Below, in pieces: positions 38,790-48,096 of a DNA stretch of 64,000 bases. Position numbers and translations under genes: made by a program. Under the pieces are notes generated by a model. That model ran no database searches, had not been told where the DNA came from, and was given only the letters and a program-made list of their open reading frames with translations. Position 1 is the first letter of the stretch; each line of letters begins with the position of its first letter. Location of the stretch: IMG/VR virus record IMGVR_UViG_3300044591_002613. One strand, 5' to 3'. Origin of the DNA: a virus.

Positions 38790-39674
38790 TTAGTCCCTCA
38801 TATAAACGGGCATACTGTTAGAAAGTTCATCTGCGAATTTAACATCTTCAATTTCGTTTTGATGATGTTCAGTTACAGAACCGTCGGGACGACGGATAGA
38901 GTACATATTTCCACCGCCTTCTTCCAATGGCTTTTTATTGTCAACAATATCTACAAGCGGGTGATATTCTTCCGAACCAGATAATTTAATCATCCATCCC
39001 CTGGATTTATCATCTTCAGCCTTTTTCATATATGTGGCTGGATTGCCAGAAACAGTATTTGTGGCATGAAAAACCAAGTTTTTTTCCGCTTCAGCTTGGC
39101 TTCGGTGATCAGAAGTAGGCATCATAGCGTTTAGCTCTTTGCCGCTCATTGTGCCGACGTGTTCGCTGCCTTGATAGATGTGGTAATCTATGTGGTCGTG
39201 AAAACCTTTGCCGTCATTTTCACTTTTACGAAGCGGTGCTCTTTTAAGCGCAGAAATTACTTCATGTAGCCTATTCATAGAATGAGCATGCAAGCCAGAT
39301 TCAGCCATATCTGTGGGCGAACCGCCCCAAACAGAGTACATATATTTTTCAAAGTCTTCTGGAACAGAAGGGTATAGCTCTTTAATCTTTTCATAAAGAG
39401 CTTCGATTAGGCCAATGGTCTTGTGTTCGTTTTGGAATATACCGAGTTTTACAATAGAGGGAATGCGACTAGACTCCCATACAGTAAACGCACCAATCAC
39501 TGAATCAGAATACGGGTGACGTACTTCATAGTGGTCAAGACTATTAACGCCTCTTGCCAAGTCAGTGTATGGCGGTAATTGCGAAGAAACCTTAATTAGA
39601 ATATAGTTGTCTTTAAGAGCGTGCTCTTTTCCAAGACTTTTAGCTAAACTCAAGACTTGTTTTATTTTTTTCAT
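38790..39674 (-). CDS. Hypothetical protein, possibly head-internal
   Basis: Adjacent to and co-oriented with the 925 aa gene; LAKS/LRKS motifs; start moved to ATG 39674. Confidence 0.5.
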   Translation of the reverse strand: MKKIKQVLSLAKSLGKEHALKDNYILIKVSSQLPPYTDLARGVNSLDHYEVRHPYSDSVIGAFTVWESSRIPSIVKLGIFQNEHKTIGLIEALYEKIKELYPSVPEDFEKYMYSVWGGSPTDMAESGLHAHSMNRLHEVISALKRAPLRKSENDGKGFHDHIDYHIYQGSEHVGTMSGKELNAMMPTSDHRSQAEAEKNLVFHATNTVSGNPATYMKKAEDDKSRGWMIKLSGSEEYHPLVDIVDNKKPLEEGGGNMYSIRRPDGSVTEHHQNEIEDVKFADELSNSMPVYMRD

Positions 39675-39683
39675 AGGTTTCTC

Positions 39684-41069
39684 GTGATAAAGAATATTCC
39701 AAACACACAAGGTTATTATACATCTAATCAAGAGTTGATTATTCAGGGTACGCCCGAATCTTTAGCTCTAATTAAAAATTACCTAACAATTAAGAATAAA
39801 GCAATCGACAAAAGGCTGAAAGAACTAAAAAGAACCTCTGCTTTTAATGCTAAACACGCTCATGTTTTGAAGCAACAAATTAAAGAGTTAGAGGAACAAC
39901 TCGTCACTAAAGCCTACGCAGAAGTCGATGATGGTATTAGCACCCTCCCAGGATTTTGGTTCTTATGCAATAAAGTTGAGGGACATACGGCCTCAACCAA
40001 AGCAATAACCTTCGGCGATGAACGCTATTATCAACTAGAATCTGTGCAAACCGCCCTTCAATATAAGAGATCGTGTATAGTAGCAGCCACGGGTGTTGGC
40101 AAGAGTCGTATCATTCGTAACTTAGCAGCCTCACACGTTGCTCAAGGTCGCCGGGTTATCGTTATTGTGCCGAGCATCGAGCTGTTGCACCAGACTTATA
40201 AAACCGTAGTCAGCGGCATGGACAAAATTGGCTGTAAGAAAGTCGGCAAACTTGGTGGAGGAACCACCCCCCCAGACGGGGTGATGTGTTTGGTATCTAC
40301 AGCCCAAAGCTGCCTCAATTATATTGATCGTTTCCAGACCATCATAGTAGACGAAACTCACACGATGGCAGCTCCGTCTTACCAAGATATTGCGATTGCA
40401 GGTATCAACGCCGAGTTCTTCCACGGCCTTACTGCAACTATTGAAAGACCAGATGGCATGACGCCTCTTATTTACGGTTGGGCTGGCGCACCAGTGTACG
40501 TCTACCGATACTCTGATGGCGTCCAGGATGGCTTCCTGAGTCCTGTTAAGTACATACCCAAGGTAGTGTCGACGTGTAGCGTCAAAACAAGCAAGAATAT
40601 GCACTCAACAAAAGAATATATCAAGCTTCATTCTGACCCAGAATATATTAAGTTTGTCAAAGAAACTACCGAAAAGGCTCTGGCCGCTAATCGTAAAGTC
40701 TTAGTTTTGTTTAAGTCTGTAGAATGTGCTAATGCTTTGGCTTCTGCGCTTGAAACAGACGCAGCTAATGGCGAGTATAGACTGCCAATTAAAAAGTTTA
40801 AAGACGGTGATACAAATGTTCTAATTGGTAATTGGCATCTATTAGGAACTGGAATTGACCTACCAGAAATATCGGCTATTTTGCTCTGTATGGCAAGCAC
40901 CAGTGAAATTATGCTTATGCAGGCTATCGGAAGAGGCACAAGAATTTGCGAAGGAAAGAAAGACTGTGTTGTAATTGATATAAGCCCAAATCATGCTAAA
41001 TATATCAATCAATTGGCTAGGAGAGATGAGATTGTTCGGTCGTTTGGGATTGACTCTGTCGGTCTATAA
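39684..41069 (+). CDS. SF2 DExH helicase (UvsW-like)
   Basis: ATGVGKS, VPS, VDETH, GLTAT, GTGIDLP, QAIGRGTR; start uncertain. Confidence 0.85.
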   Translation: MIKNIPNTQGYYTSNQELIIQGTPESLALIKNYLTIKNKAIDKRLKELKRTSAFNAKHAHVLKQQIKELEEQLVTKAYAEVDDGISTLPGFWFLCNKVEGHTASTKAITFGDERYYQLESVQTALQYKRSCIVAATGVGKSRIIRNLAASHVAQGRRVIVIVPSIELLHQTYKTVVSGMDKIGCKKVGKLGGGTTPPDGVMCLVSTAQSCLNYIDRFQTIIVDETHTMAAPSYQDIAIAGINAEFFHGLTATIERPDGMTPLIYGWAGAPVYVYRYSDGVQDGFLSPVKYIPKVVSTCSVKTSKNMHSTKEYIKLHSDPEYIKFVKETTEKALAANRKVLVLFKSVECANALASALETDAANGEYRLPIKKFKDGDTNVLIGNWHLLGTGIDLPEISAILLCMASTSEIMLMQAIGRGTRICEGKKDCVVIDISPNHAKYINQLARRDEIVRSFGIDSVGL

Positions 41070-41241
41070 ACAAAGCGTGTAGTTTGAAGTTTACAAAGAT
41101 TAAGTTTTGGTCAATATGGGCAATATAATCCGTATTCTTAGTGCCATATTTCTTAGCACTAGAAACTTTTTCGCGCTTGGCATATGAATGGAGTAGTTTT
41201 CTGTTGATACGGGTTTTCACACCTTGCCCCATAGTCTTCAT
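41017..41241 (-). CDS. Hypothetical protein
   Basis: Last ORF of the - strand run; overlaps the helicase 3' end. Confidence 0.35.
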   Translation of the reverse strand: MKTMGQGVKTRINRKLLHSYAKREKVSSAKKYGTKNTDYIAHIDQNLIFVNFKLHALFIDRQSQSQTTEQSHLS

Positions 41242-41271
41242 CTTTCTACTCCAATCATAGCATAAGTATTA

Positions 41272-41571
41272 TTAGTCAATCATTTCATCAAACGTATGAA
41301 CAACTTCTTGCAATTTATCTTGTGGAATATTCTGCATTAAGCTAATTGCAATCGTCAACACATTTGGGTTTGTGAACGAATAACTAAGAATATCTTTAAT
41401 GGCTTTAACTTCTTCTCCACTTAGTTCTGGATATGAAATTCCACCTCCCGCTTTGGGTAGACTAATTGCAAAACCACCTCTTGCTTTTTGTGCAATGTTC
41501 AGCAGCGGCTTGCCATAGTGAGTTGAGTTTTCGTGATCAACGGTTGCAGATTTGTAATATGTTTTGATCAT
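41272..41571 (-). CDS. Hypothetical protein
   Basis: RBS GAGG; packed operon. Confidence 0.55.
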   Translation of the reverse strand: MIKTYYKSATVDHENSTHYGKPLLNIAQKARGGFAISLPKAGGGISYPELSGEEVKAIKDILSYSFTNPNVLTIAISLMQNIPQDKLQEVVHTFDEMID

Positions 41572-41573
41572 AA

Positions 41574-41771
41574 TTACCTCGAATTGGTAGTACGAAGTTC
41601 TTCCATAAGTTTGTTAATTCTTTGAATACTTTCTCTAATATTCTTCAACCGCATAGCCATTTCTGGCGATACTTCAGTTTCGGTTGGTGTGACAGTTACT
41701 GTTTTCAGTTCTTTAACAGCCTCCAGCGTTTTGCTTTTACGATACTTTTCAAAATCAATTACGTTGCTCAT
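41574..41771 (-). CDS. Hypothetical protein
   Basis: MSNVIDF start with ATGA overlap and RBS GGAGG. Confidence 0.55.
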   Translation of the reverse strand: MSNVIDFEKYRKSKTLEAVKELKTVTVTPTETEVSPEMAMRLKNIRESIQRINKLMEELRTTNSR

Positions 41772-41995
41772 ACGACCTCCACGTCTTCGACGAGTTCTGG
41801 GAACTTGTTTTGCAGGGCTGCAAAGATAACACCATACGTTGTCATAAGGCTGCTTGGACAATTAGCACACGCACCAATCAAACGAATTTGCAAAGTTTTA
41901 CTTGATGGATTGTAACCAGTAACCTCTACCGACCCCCCATGCTGACTTAAAATTGGTACAATTTCGGAATCAACAAAGCTAGTAATCGCGTCCAT
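41768..41995 (-). CDS. NifU C-terminal (Nfu) domain Fe-S carrier
   Basis: I.PIL..HGG.VE.......RL.GAC.NCPSS..T. Confidence 0.85.
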   Translation of the reverse strand: MDAITSFVDSEIVPILSQHGGSVEVTGYNPSSKTLQIRLIGACANCPSSLMTTYGVIFAALQNKFPELVEDVEVV

Positions 41996-41996
41996 G

Positions 41997-42287
41997 TTAT
42001 TCTCCTTTTAGCGAAACATGAATATGTGTTTTATACAAACCATCGCCTGATAAAATAAATCCTGGAGAACAGGGGCAAGGACACCCTGCATATTGACTCC
42101 ACTTAGCTTTTGTGCCTTCTGGCAAATTAAGTTCTTGGATAACTTTTGGAAGAATATGTTTGCGATAAAGCTCTTGTGGCCTATTGCCGCGATTCATTAA
42201 ATTTTCTTCTAAGGTTTCTTCGGAATGGTGGATAAACACTCTTGTGTTTGAATACCGCGCTTTGTGGCGTTGCTTGGTTATTTTCAT
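41997..42287 (-). CDS. Hypothetical protein
   Basis: WSQYAGC.CPCSPGF motif; RBS GGAGG after promoter. Confidence 0.6.
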   Translation of the reverse strand: MKITKQRHKARYSNTRVFIHHSEETLEENLMNRGNRPQELYRKHILPKVIQELNLPEGTKAKWSQYAGCPCPCSPGFILSGDGLYKTHIHVSLKGE

Positions 42288-42301
42288 TGCATTTTCCTCC
42301 T

Positions 42302-42583
42302 TTACTTACTTATCGGAGGTTTGCTTTCTAACTTTAGGCGTTTCGACAAAAAATCCGTCATTTTTATTGTTAATTCTGCCAAGCGATTAGCATCATAGCC
42401 GGCCAACTTTTCTGCGTTTGGTATTGACGATGCCGGAATTTTTACCAATTCTTTTTCGTTATCTTTATATACAAGAACTGTCCATAACATTTCTTGTTCA
42501 CTAAATTCCCATACAACTTCAATGCCAGTGTCTTGGTGTGTGAACGAAAAATAACGATTATCTTCCGATGCTTCGGATTTCAT
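42302..42583 (-). CDS. Hypothetical protein
   Basis: ATGA overlap; C-terminus reads through a promoter copy. Confidence 0.5.
   Translation of the reverse strand: MKSEASEDNRYFSFTHQDTGIEVVWEFSEQEMLWTVLVYKDNEKELVKIPASSIPNAEKLAGYDANRLAELTIKMTDFLSKRLKLESKPPISK
42307..42336 (-). promoter_or_regulatory. Sigma-28-like promoter
   Basis: TAAAGTTAGA-N9-TCCGATAAGTA. Confidence 0.8.
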
Positions 42584-42828
42584 AATAGCGACTCAAACTC
42601 TTGTTTTGGTTCAAAACAAACCATAAACTCTTCGGTATTCAGAAGTTTATCCGTTTCTTTATTTCCATCGTAAATAGACTTTTCAATATACCCATAACAT
42701 TGAAGTCCGTGAAGATTGCAATAATTCACGCAGGCAAGTTTTTTATTGACAGGTTTTACAGGTTTTACTGAAATTGGTATCAAAAAGATTAGACCTATTA
42801 CAACAAAGTATTTAACAAATCTAACCAT
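42580..42828 (-). CDS. Small membrane/secreted protein
   Basis: N-terminal hydrophobic segment, Cys residues. Confidence 0.5.
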   Translation of the reverse strand: MVRFVKYFVVIGLIFLIPISVKPVKPVNKKLACVNYCNLHGLQCYGYIEKSIYDGNKETDKLLNTEEFMVCFEPKQEFESLL

Positions 42829-42841
42829 TTTAATACTCTTA

Positions 42842-43057
42842 TTATTTAATTCTAATTGGCGTTGAGTCTTTATCTAGAACGTGTTTTCTGAATGCTTTAC
42901 CAATCGACTCGGCAGAAAAAACTTTCTTAACTGTCGATGCGGAAATATCTTGATACAAATAAACAGATTTATTATGGTATTCGATAAGCAGAGCTTGGGT
43001 TTCGTCATTGTAAAAGTAGCCCGCAACAACGCTAGAATCAACCTTTGTCATTTTCAT
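42842..43057 (-). CDS. KTSC domain protein
   Basis: VDSS.V....Y......L.IEY.....Y.Y.DI.......A.SIGK.F. Confidence 0.8.
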   Translation of the reverse strand: MKMTKVDSSVVAGYFYNDETQALLIEYHNKSVYLYQDISASTVKKVFSAESIGKAFRKHVLDKDSTPIRIK

Positions 43058-43187
43058 TTTTATACACCCTCACGCTTTTAATATAATTATCAAAGTTTTT
43101 GGCAATAGACAACCAAATAAGTATAGACCCAACACCCTTCAGTATTCCTGCAAGAACTACGAGTAACAATAAGGTGGAGGTTTCCAT
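43038..43187 (-). CDS. Small membrane protein (49 aa, missing from ORF track)
   Basis: METSTLLLLVVLAGILKGVGSILIWL...; fills the gap in the operon. Confidence 0.45.
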   Translation of the reverse strand: METSTLLLLVVLAGILKGVGSILIWLSIAKNFDNYIKSVRVYKNENDKG

Positions 43188-43189
43188 TA

Positions 43190-43417
43190 TTATTTTTCTA
43201 CCCTTTTCTTTTTGCTTGGCGTGGGTGTTTGAGCAATTTCTGGATTAGGACAATGTGGTTGTATTGTTACTGGCTTGTCGCGTTCTGGTTTTATTCTGCC
43301 ATTTTTGTCTGCTGGTTGAACACAAACTTTAGTTTCGGTAGATGACTTTTTACCAATATCACGATCTTTATAACCAACAAACAATAATGAAGAGACTGCA
43401 ATAATTACTTTCAACAT
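43190..43417 (-). CDS. Small exported protein
   Basis: RBS GAGG; hydrophobic N-terminus. Confidence 0.5.
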   Translation of the reverse strand: MLKVIIAVSSLLFVGYKDRDIGKKSSTETKVCVQPADKNGRIKPERDKPVTIQPHCPNPEIAQTPTPSKKKRVEK

Positions 43418-43425
43418 GATTTACC

Positions 43426-43806
43426 TCACTCAAAATATTCTTTTGCCCAACCGTTTTCTGTTGTGTACCAAACTTCTTTGATATTATTTTGTTTAATAAT
43501 TGATTGACAACCCGAACACGGTCTAGCCATTCCAAGTTCTCCGTTGCGTTTAATTCTCGCAACAACCAAAATCATTCCATCAAGCGATTCCACAAAATTC
43601 TTGGCTCTAATAATTGCTTGCATTTCTGCATGAACTGTTACTGGACGCCCATAGAACTTCGACAGAGGATGCGTTTTAGCATTGTTAGTGCCCACACTAA
43701 TTAGCCTCTTTTTTGCAAAGATTGCCGCTCCTAGCTTGTATTGATAGTCTGTGCTTTCCATTGCCGCTGCGACCGCTGCTCGGAATTGACTTGGCATTTT
43801 TGTCAT
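43426..43806 (-). CDS. Cytidine/dCMP deaminase-family protein
   Basis: HAE and PC..C (RPCSGC) zinc motifs. Confidence 0.8.
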   Translation of the reverse strand: MTKMPSQFRAAVAAAMESTDYQYKLGAAIFAKKRLISVGTNNAKTHPLSKFYGRPVTVHAEMQAIIRAKNFVESLDGMILVVARIKRNGELGMARPCSGCQSIIKQNNIKEVWYTTENGWAKEYFE

Positions 43807-43824
43807 AAAAGAGAAAGGTCGGGA

Positions 43825-44193
43825 TTACCCGACCAGTTCCTTTGAGCGGCGTGCTGAAGCTCGCTTCGAGCTTTCTTGAACATGGCCCTCTTTCGAGGAA
43901 ACAAAATAGCGAGTCTTGCCGTTAGGCCCACCCCATGATGCATCAATAAGGTTAACACCGCAGAAGGAGCTATATGTTCCACAGAAGCGTTCAATGAGCG
44001 AGGTTGCTCGCCCCTTTGAAAGGCCAGTGTTCACCAAAAGCTGCTGCAAAGAAGAGTTTGTAACTCCTTCAGTTGGAAGCGCAGAAAGTACAGTGTAAGC
44101 GGCTGATGGTAGCTTGGCGGAAACCGACTCTCCTGTCTTAGAATTAGTGTAAGTGACGGTGGCAACAGAATTATTATGGGAAACAGTCAACAT
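43825..44193 (-). CDS. Hypothetical protein, paralog of 45329..45922
   Basis: RBS AAGGAG; shared N..LQ...G.S.G.A...IE...S.F.G...NGK pattern. Confidence 0.55.
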   Translation of the reverse strand: MLTVSHNNSVATVTYTNSKTGESVSAKLPSAAYTVLSALPTEGVTNSSLQQLLVNTGLSKGRATSLIERFCGTYSSFCGVNLIDASWGGPNGKTRYFVSSKEGHVQESSKRASARRSKELVG

Positions 44194-44252
44194 ATTTATC
44201 TCCTTTATTGATTGACTAACATAGTCTTAAACGTGAATCATTTTACTGAGTA

Positions 44253-44597
44253 TCATTTTTCAGGGGAGGCTTCTTCAACTTTCATCAAAACTTTTTTGCC
44301 ATCTGGACGAACGCATTGGCGTTCAAGAAGAGCACTGCCTTCTGTTAGTGAAAGAGTAACAAAAAGAGTCTTTTTCATGCCCATCATAGCAACAACCGCT
44401 TCTTCTTCGGTGTCTTTAATAGGAACAACTGCGAGTGGCTTAATTTGATCTGCAAGAACTGTCATTCGCGCATGGCAACTCATTTTACCGTCAGCAAGTC
44501 TGCTTGCCGCACCGTTAGAAACTAATACTGTCAACCCTCCAAGCAAAACCAACAAACCAGATTTATACGCTTGATTCATATACACATACCTCATCAA
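44253..44597 (-). CDS. Putative exported protein
   Basis: Hydrophobic N-terminal segment. Confidence 0.5.
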   Translation of the reverse strand: MMRYVYMNQAYKSGLLVLLGGLTVLVSNGAASRLADGKMSCHARMTVLADQIKPLAVVPIKDTEEEAVVAMMGMKKTLFVTLSLTEGSALLERQCVRPDGKKVLMKVEEASPEK

Positions 44598-45160
44598 AAA
44601 ATTGGGATTTCTTTATCATCGACTACATCATGTTCATCTGCAAGAACAAAGCTCAGTACGATTGCAAATAATTCTTTTTGTAACCTATCCCAATTTGTGA
44701 CGTATGTTTTTTCATCGAACAAATAAGGACTCATCATCATTTTGGACTCTGGATTTGCGTGTCCTAAATCAAGCAGACAGTGGCCTAGCTCATGGAAAAT
44801 AAGTCCACGTTCTTGCATACTGCCAACTTTAGTAATGTTTCTTTTAATTTCCACCCTTCGACTGTTTCTTGCCCACCAGCAAACACCAGCAACAGAACCA
44901 TGTGGGTCAGTTTGTTCATCAAAGCCGTCTACAAATTTGATGGACTTGAGCTTTTGCAAATTATCTTCACATCTATTTGCTGCGGTGGTTTGAACACACA
45001 ATCCGTAGAAATGCTTTAAATAATCAGCCAAATATGAATCGCTTGTAGTTGTTTCACCTCCTGTTTTTGTTTTTGTTGTTGGTGCAATAACGCTAATATC
45101 TTGAGTGCCACAGCCAATCATGGTAATTGCAGTCAACAACGATGTAATAGTAGTTTTCAT
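44594..45160 (-). CDS. Zinc metallopeptidase lipoprotein
   Basis: Lipobox MIGC, HELGHCLLDLGH, Met-turn MMMSP. Confidence 0.75.
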   Translation of the reverse strand: MKTTITSLLTAITMIGCGTQDISVIAPTTKTKTGGETTTSDSYLADYLKHFYGLCVQTTAANRCEDNLQKLKSIKFVDGFDEQTDPHGSVAGVCWWARNSRRVEIKRNITKVGSMQERGLIFHELGHCLLDLGHANPESKMMMSPYLFDEKTYVTNWDRLQKELFAIVLSFVLADEHDVVDDKEIPIF

Positions 45161-45167
45161 GTAAGCC

Positions 45168-45329
45168 TCAGTTAGTGGTTGTGTAGTATTCTTGTCGAAG
45201 AACTACAAACAATCCGCCTTCTTTTTCTTTTGCTTTTAGTTCGTCGATCAAAACTTCGATTGCATCTCTTTCTTTAAGAATTCGCTGCAACTGGTCAACT
45301 AATTCTGGGGGCAATTCGTTAGCGTTCAT
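45168..45329 (-). CDS. Small coiled-coil protein (53 aa, missing from ORF track)
   Basis: TAATG overlap; MNANELPPELVDQLQRIL... Confidence 0.5.
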   Translation of the reverse strand: MNANELPPELVDQLQRILKERDAIEVLIDELKAKEKEGGLFVVLRQEYYTTTN

Positions 45330-45922
45330 TAAATTAGTCCCTCTTTTTTCAAGACTTTTTCAATATGTTCGACATCTTCAAGTGTAAGATCATCGGTATT
45401 CAAGTCATTAGGATCAATACCGAGGTAAGAAAATGCACGATTAAAGCGTGCCTCTATCAGTTGATCTTCGGTTAAAGCTGTCGCATCAATATGCCACTTT
45501 GACTGCACTGGTGTTGCTGTTACCTGCACTTGCAAAACCGGAACGTCTTTTGGTGGCTTGACGTTTAGCATTTCTGTTTTATGCACTGGTGAAAAATCGG
45601 GAGCGTTTTCGTTAAACTTAAAGTGACGTTTGCCATTAATGTTTACGCCAATCAACAATGCGCACCAGCCGTTGAAATTTGAAAACCCAAACGTGTACTT
45701 TTCAATAATTGCTGACGCTTTTCCGCTTCTCCCCCCTGCCGTACTCACACCCAAAGCTGTAGCAATCACACGTTGAAGTTCACCATTACTAATCGGCTCG
45801 GCAATCTTGGAAATGGCATCATAAACATTGCGATCAATCTTTGTAGTTTTGGTTTCCTCGCCAAGAGTGCGTTGGATCACAACTTTGTTGTTATCGTCAG
45901 TATAAAAAACCTTAAAGCTCAT
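45329..45922 (-). CDS. Hypothetical protein, paralog of 43825..44193
   Basis: RBS GAGGAGG before ATG 45922. Confidence 0.55.
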   Translation of the reverse strand: MSFKVFYTDDNNKVVIQRTLGEETKTTKIDRNVYDAISKIAEPISNGELQRVIATALGVSTAGGRSGKASAIIEKYTFGFSNFNGWCALLIGVNINGKRHFKFNENAPDFSPVHKTEMLNVKPPKDVPVLQVQVTATPVQSKWHIDATALTEDQLIEARFNRAFSYLGIDPNDLNTDDLTLEDVEHIEKVLKKEGLI

Positions 45923-45932
45923 AGTAACCTCC

Positions 45933-46304
45933 TCAAACAAGTTCGTCAGGTACAAGGACAATCAGGGGGCGATTTTCTTCGAACTCTGCGTGGATTTCTG
46001 CTGCGCGATCATTTGTTTCGAGAACATTATCAATAAATGAACTTGCCGTTTCAGCAGAAACTTTGCGCCATCCACTCTTTCCACTTTTTCTTTTAATGAG
46101 TGCCTCGAAGCATGAATCGCCATAGTCAACATCCCTCATTCTTACTTTTGTGTATGCACAGTTAATGTCGCCCACAGTGAAATGCCCATTGCTCATCAAG
46201 GTGTACGCCTTGTATGTGAAATTGCTTTCTCCTCCACTCTTGCTATTAGTAGCTTTTTGGATCATGCGAACACCGAGCACAGAAACCTTGTTAACCGTCT
46301 TCAT
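45933..46304 (-). CDS. Hypothetical protein
   Basis: First gene after promoter at 46336. Confidence 0.55.
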   Translation of the reverse strand: MKTVNKVSVLGVRMIQKATNSKSGGESNFTYKAYTLMSNGHFTVGDINCAYTKVRMRDVDYGDSCFEALIKRKSGKSGWRKVSAETASSFIDNVLETNDRAAEIHAEFEENRPLIVLVPDELV

Positions 46305-46335
46305 ACTACCGTTCCTTTACTGTTGGGTGGCATTA

Positions 46336-46365
46336 TACTTATCGGAACCTTGGGGTCTAACTTTA
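46336..46365 (-). promoter_or_regulatory. Sigma-28-like promoter
   Basis: TAAAGTTAGA-N9-TCCGATAAGTA. Confidence 0.8.
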
Positions 46366-46785
46366 CAGGAAATTGGAAACAAATTGCTCAAGTTTTTGGT
46401 TGGCTACGTTCTCCTTATCAAAATGTGCAATACTAAGCAAGAAATTAAGCATCATCTCGCGGTCGTGCGATGTAGTGAAGAACGAAACCTGTGATCGAGT
46501 TTCAAAGTCGTTGCAATGCAGGTTCTTAAAAACCTCGTTAGCATCACACTTTAGATTGCCAAAGGATGCAAACGGGCCAAAGATTGGTGGACAGTTTTTG
46601 GTCTTGAGTGTAAGTTCACCAACTTGTTTGTATCTGTTGAATATAAACACAACATCACATTTTGTAAGATCTTTTTCGGAAGTTTCATAAGCGCAGCCAC
46701 CGCCAAGAGGTATGCTTCTAGTTTTTTCTAAATTCCAATAACAAATAAGACTGCGTTGATCATAAATAGGCTTGTGGTACTGCAT
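46363..46785 (-). CDS. Hypothetical protein
   Basis: RBS AGGAGG after promoter; its stop is the -35 of the next promoter. Confidence 0.6.
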   Translation of the reverse strand: MQYHKPIYDQRSLICYWNLEKTRSIPLGGGCAYETSEKDLTKCDVVFIFNRYKQVGELTLKTKNCPPIFGPFASFGNLKCDANEVFKNLHCNDFETRSQVSFFTTSHDREMMLNFLLSIAHFDKENVANQKLEQFVSNFL

Positions 46786-46801
46786 GACTTACTCCTCCTG
46801 C

Positions 46802-46963
46802 TTACATATACTTATCGGAAGTGCGGAGTCTAACTTTATAGCCACAACGAAATAAATTTGTCAAAATTGTTGTGTGTGTTCTTGAGTCTTCGTCCAGAGA
46901 GACTGCGTAAGTAGGCGGATGCATGCCTTGCTGTTCCAAGAAGTCAATATTGAAATATAGCAT
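46802..46963 (-). pseudogene. Possible remnant related to 61073..61303
   Basis: DFLEQQGMHPP vs RFLEELGMQPP; short frame reading through the promoter. Confidence 0.3.
46809..46838 (-). promoter_or_regulatory. Sigma-28-like promoter
   Basis: TAAAGTTAGA-N9-TCCGATAAGTA. Confidence 0.8.
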
Positions 46964-47020
46964 AGTTTGTTATCCTAAAATAAGAGGTTGCGTTGTTTTA
47001 GTACAAGATGTAGGTATATA

Positions 47021-47377
47021 TTAACAAGTACCGACATTTTGTTGATGACCATTCGGCTCTGCTAGTACGGCGCGGACTGTATATGACATATTGCAACTAT
47101 TTTTATAAATGTGTCCACTACTGCCACTGAAGTACCATACGCTATATGTATATGAAGTATCAAAGTACACCGAAGCCGTCCAGTAATATGTATCCTGACA
47201 ACTCTTCCTGAACTCCTCGTTATGGTCATAAAGGTCACACCACTCACCGCGAGTCAGGAGGCGCAGGCCGCGTGTCTTTGCCCATTCCATCGCCTCATCG
47301 TAGGTCATCTTGTCTTCCGGCTCGAAGTAACCGATACCGTCTATAGTCATGTAACTTAATTTGTAAACTGCTTTCAT
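47021..47377 (-). CDS. DUF1566/Lcl C-terminal-like protein
   Basis: A..W....G.RL.T..E..DL...YYWTAS....W......G........VRAV. Confidence 0.55.
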   Translation of the reverse strand: MKAVYKLSYMTIDGIGYFEPEDKMTYDEAMEWAKTRGLRLLTRGEWCDLYDHNEEFRKSCQDTYYWTASVYFDTSYTYSVWYFSGSSGHIYKNSCNMSYTVRAVLAEPNGHQQNVGTC

Positions 47378-48081
47378 ACCGGCTCCTTCTCTACCTCGTA
47401 GTGCGTGACCACAAAGCGCAGTCCTACCAGACCGTCTTCCTTGTAGGCATACAGCCCACCCGTGCCGACGTATTGGTTGTTGCCCTTGAGTAGTTCCTGC
47501 AGTAGTCCTCTTGCCATACGCCGCAGGTCACCGATGCTTGGCGATTCAACCGAACCATGCCAAGTCCATTCAAGTGCTTTCATGGTACGATGGACTAGCT
47601 CGAAGTCAAACTCGTCAAGAATCTCGTCAATTATTTCGGTACTCATTCCTCGTCCTCCGGTTCCCACATCAAAATTGTTGTGGATTTCTTCTTTTTTTGG
47701 ATAGGTATTGATTGTGTACAACAGTTTAAATAATTGGTCTAATTCAATTGGTTTAGTATGAAATTTAGTTGATATAGATCTCGAGCCGTAATCAACATGC
47801 CCACCCATACTTTGAATGCCTTGGGCATCTCCTCTTGGTATAAATTGGCGAAGAATATTGGCTATTTCTTCATATTGTTGCCTATTTAGATCTAATGACA
47901 TCCTTTCAAATTCTGCAAATATCAATGTTCCACCTCTCATCATAAAAAATATAGAAGCCGAATGAATAGACGTTTCGGCCACTTCTTTTAAGAAAGAAGC
48001 ATGGATAGTGCAGTCGAATAAATCTTTTTTTAAGTGGGGAAACAGACTATTTGGTTTTAAATTCCAATAATAATGAGGCAT
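47374..48081 (-). CDS. Hypothetical protein, probable fusion with internal start at 47646
   Basis: RBS AGGAGG; internal GGAGGACGAGGA-ATG before MSTEIIDEILDEFDF. Confidence 0.5.
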   Translation of the reverse strand: MPHYYWNLKPNSLFPHLKKDLFDCTIHASFLKEVAETSIHSASIFFMMRGGTLIFAEFERMSLDLNRQQYEEIANILRQFIPRGDAQGIQSMGGHVDYGSRSISTKFHTKPIELDQLFKLLYTINTYPKKEEIHNNFDVGTGGRGMSTEIIDEILDEFDFELVHRTMKALEWTWHGSVESPSIGDLRRMARGLLQELLKGNNQYVGTGGLYAYKEDGLVGLRFVVTHYEVEKEPV

Positions 48082-48096
48082 AACTTTTCCTCCTAT

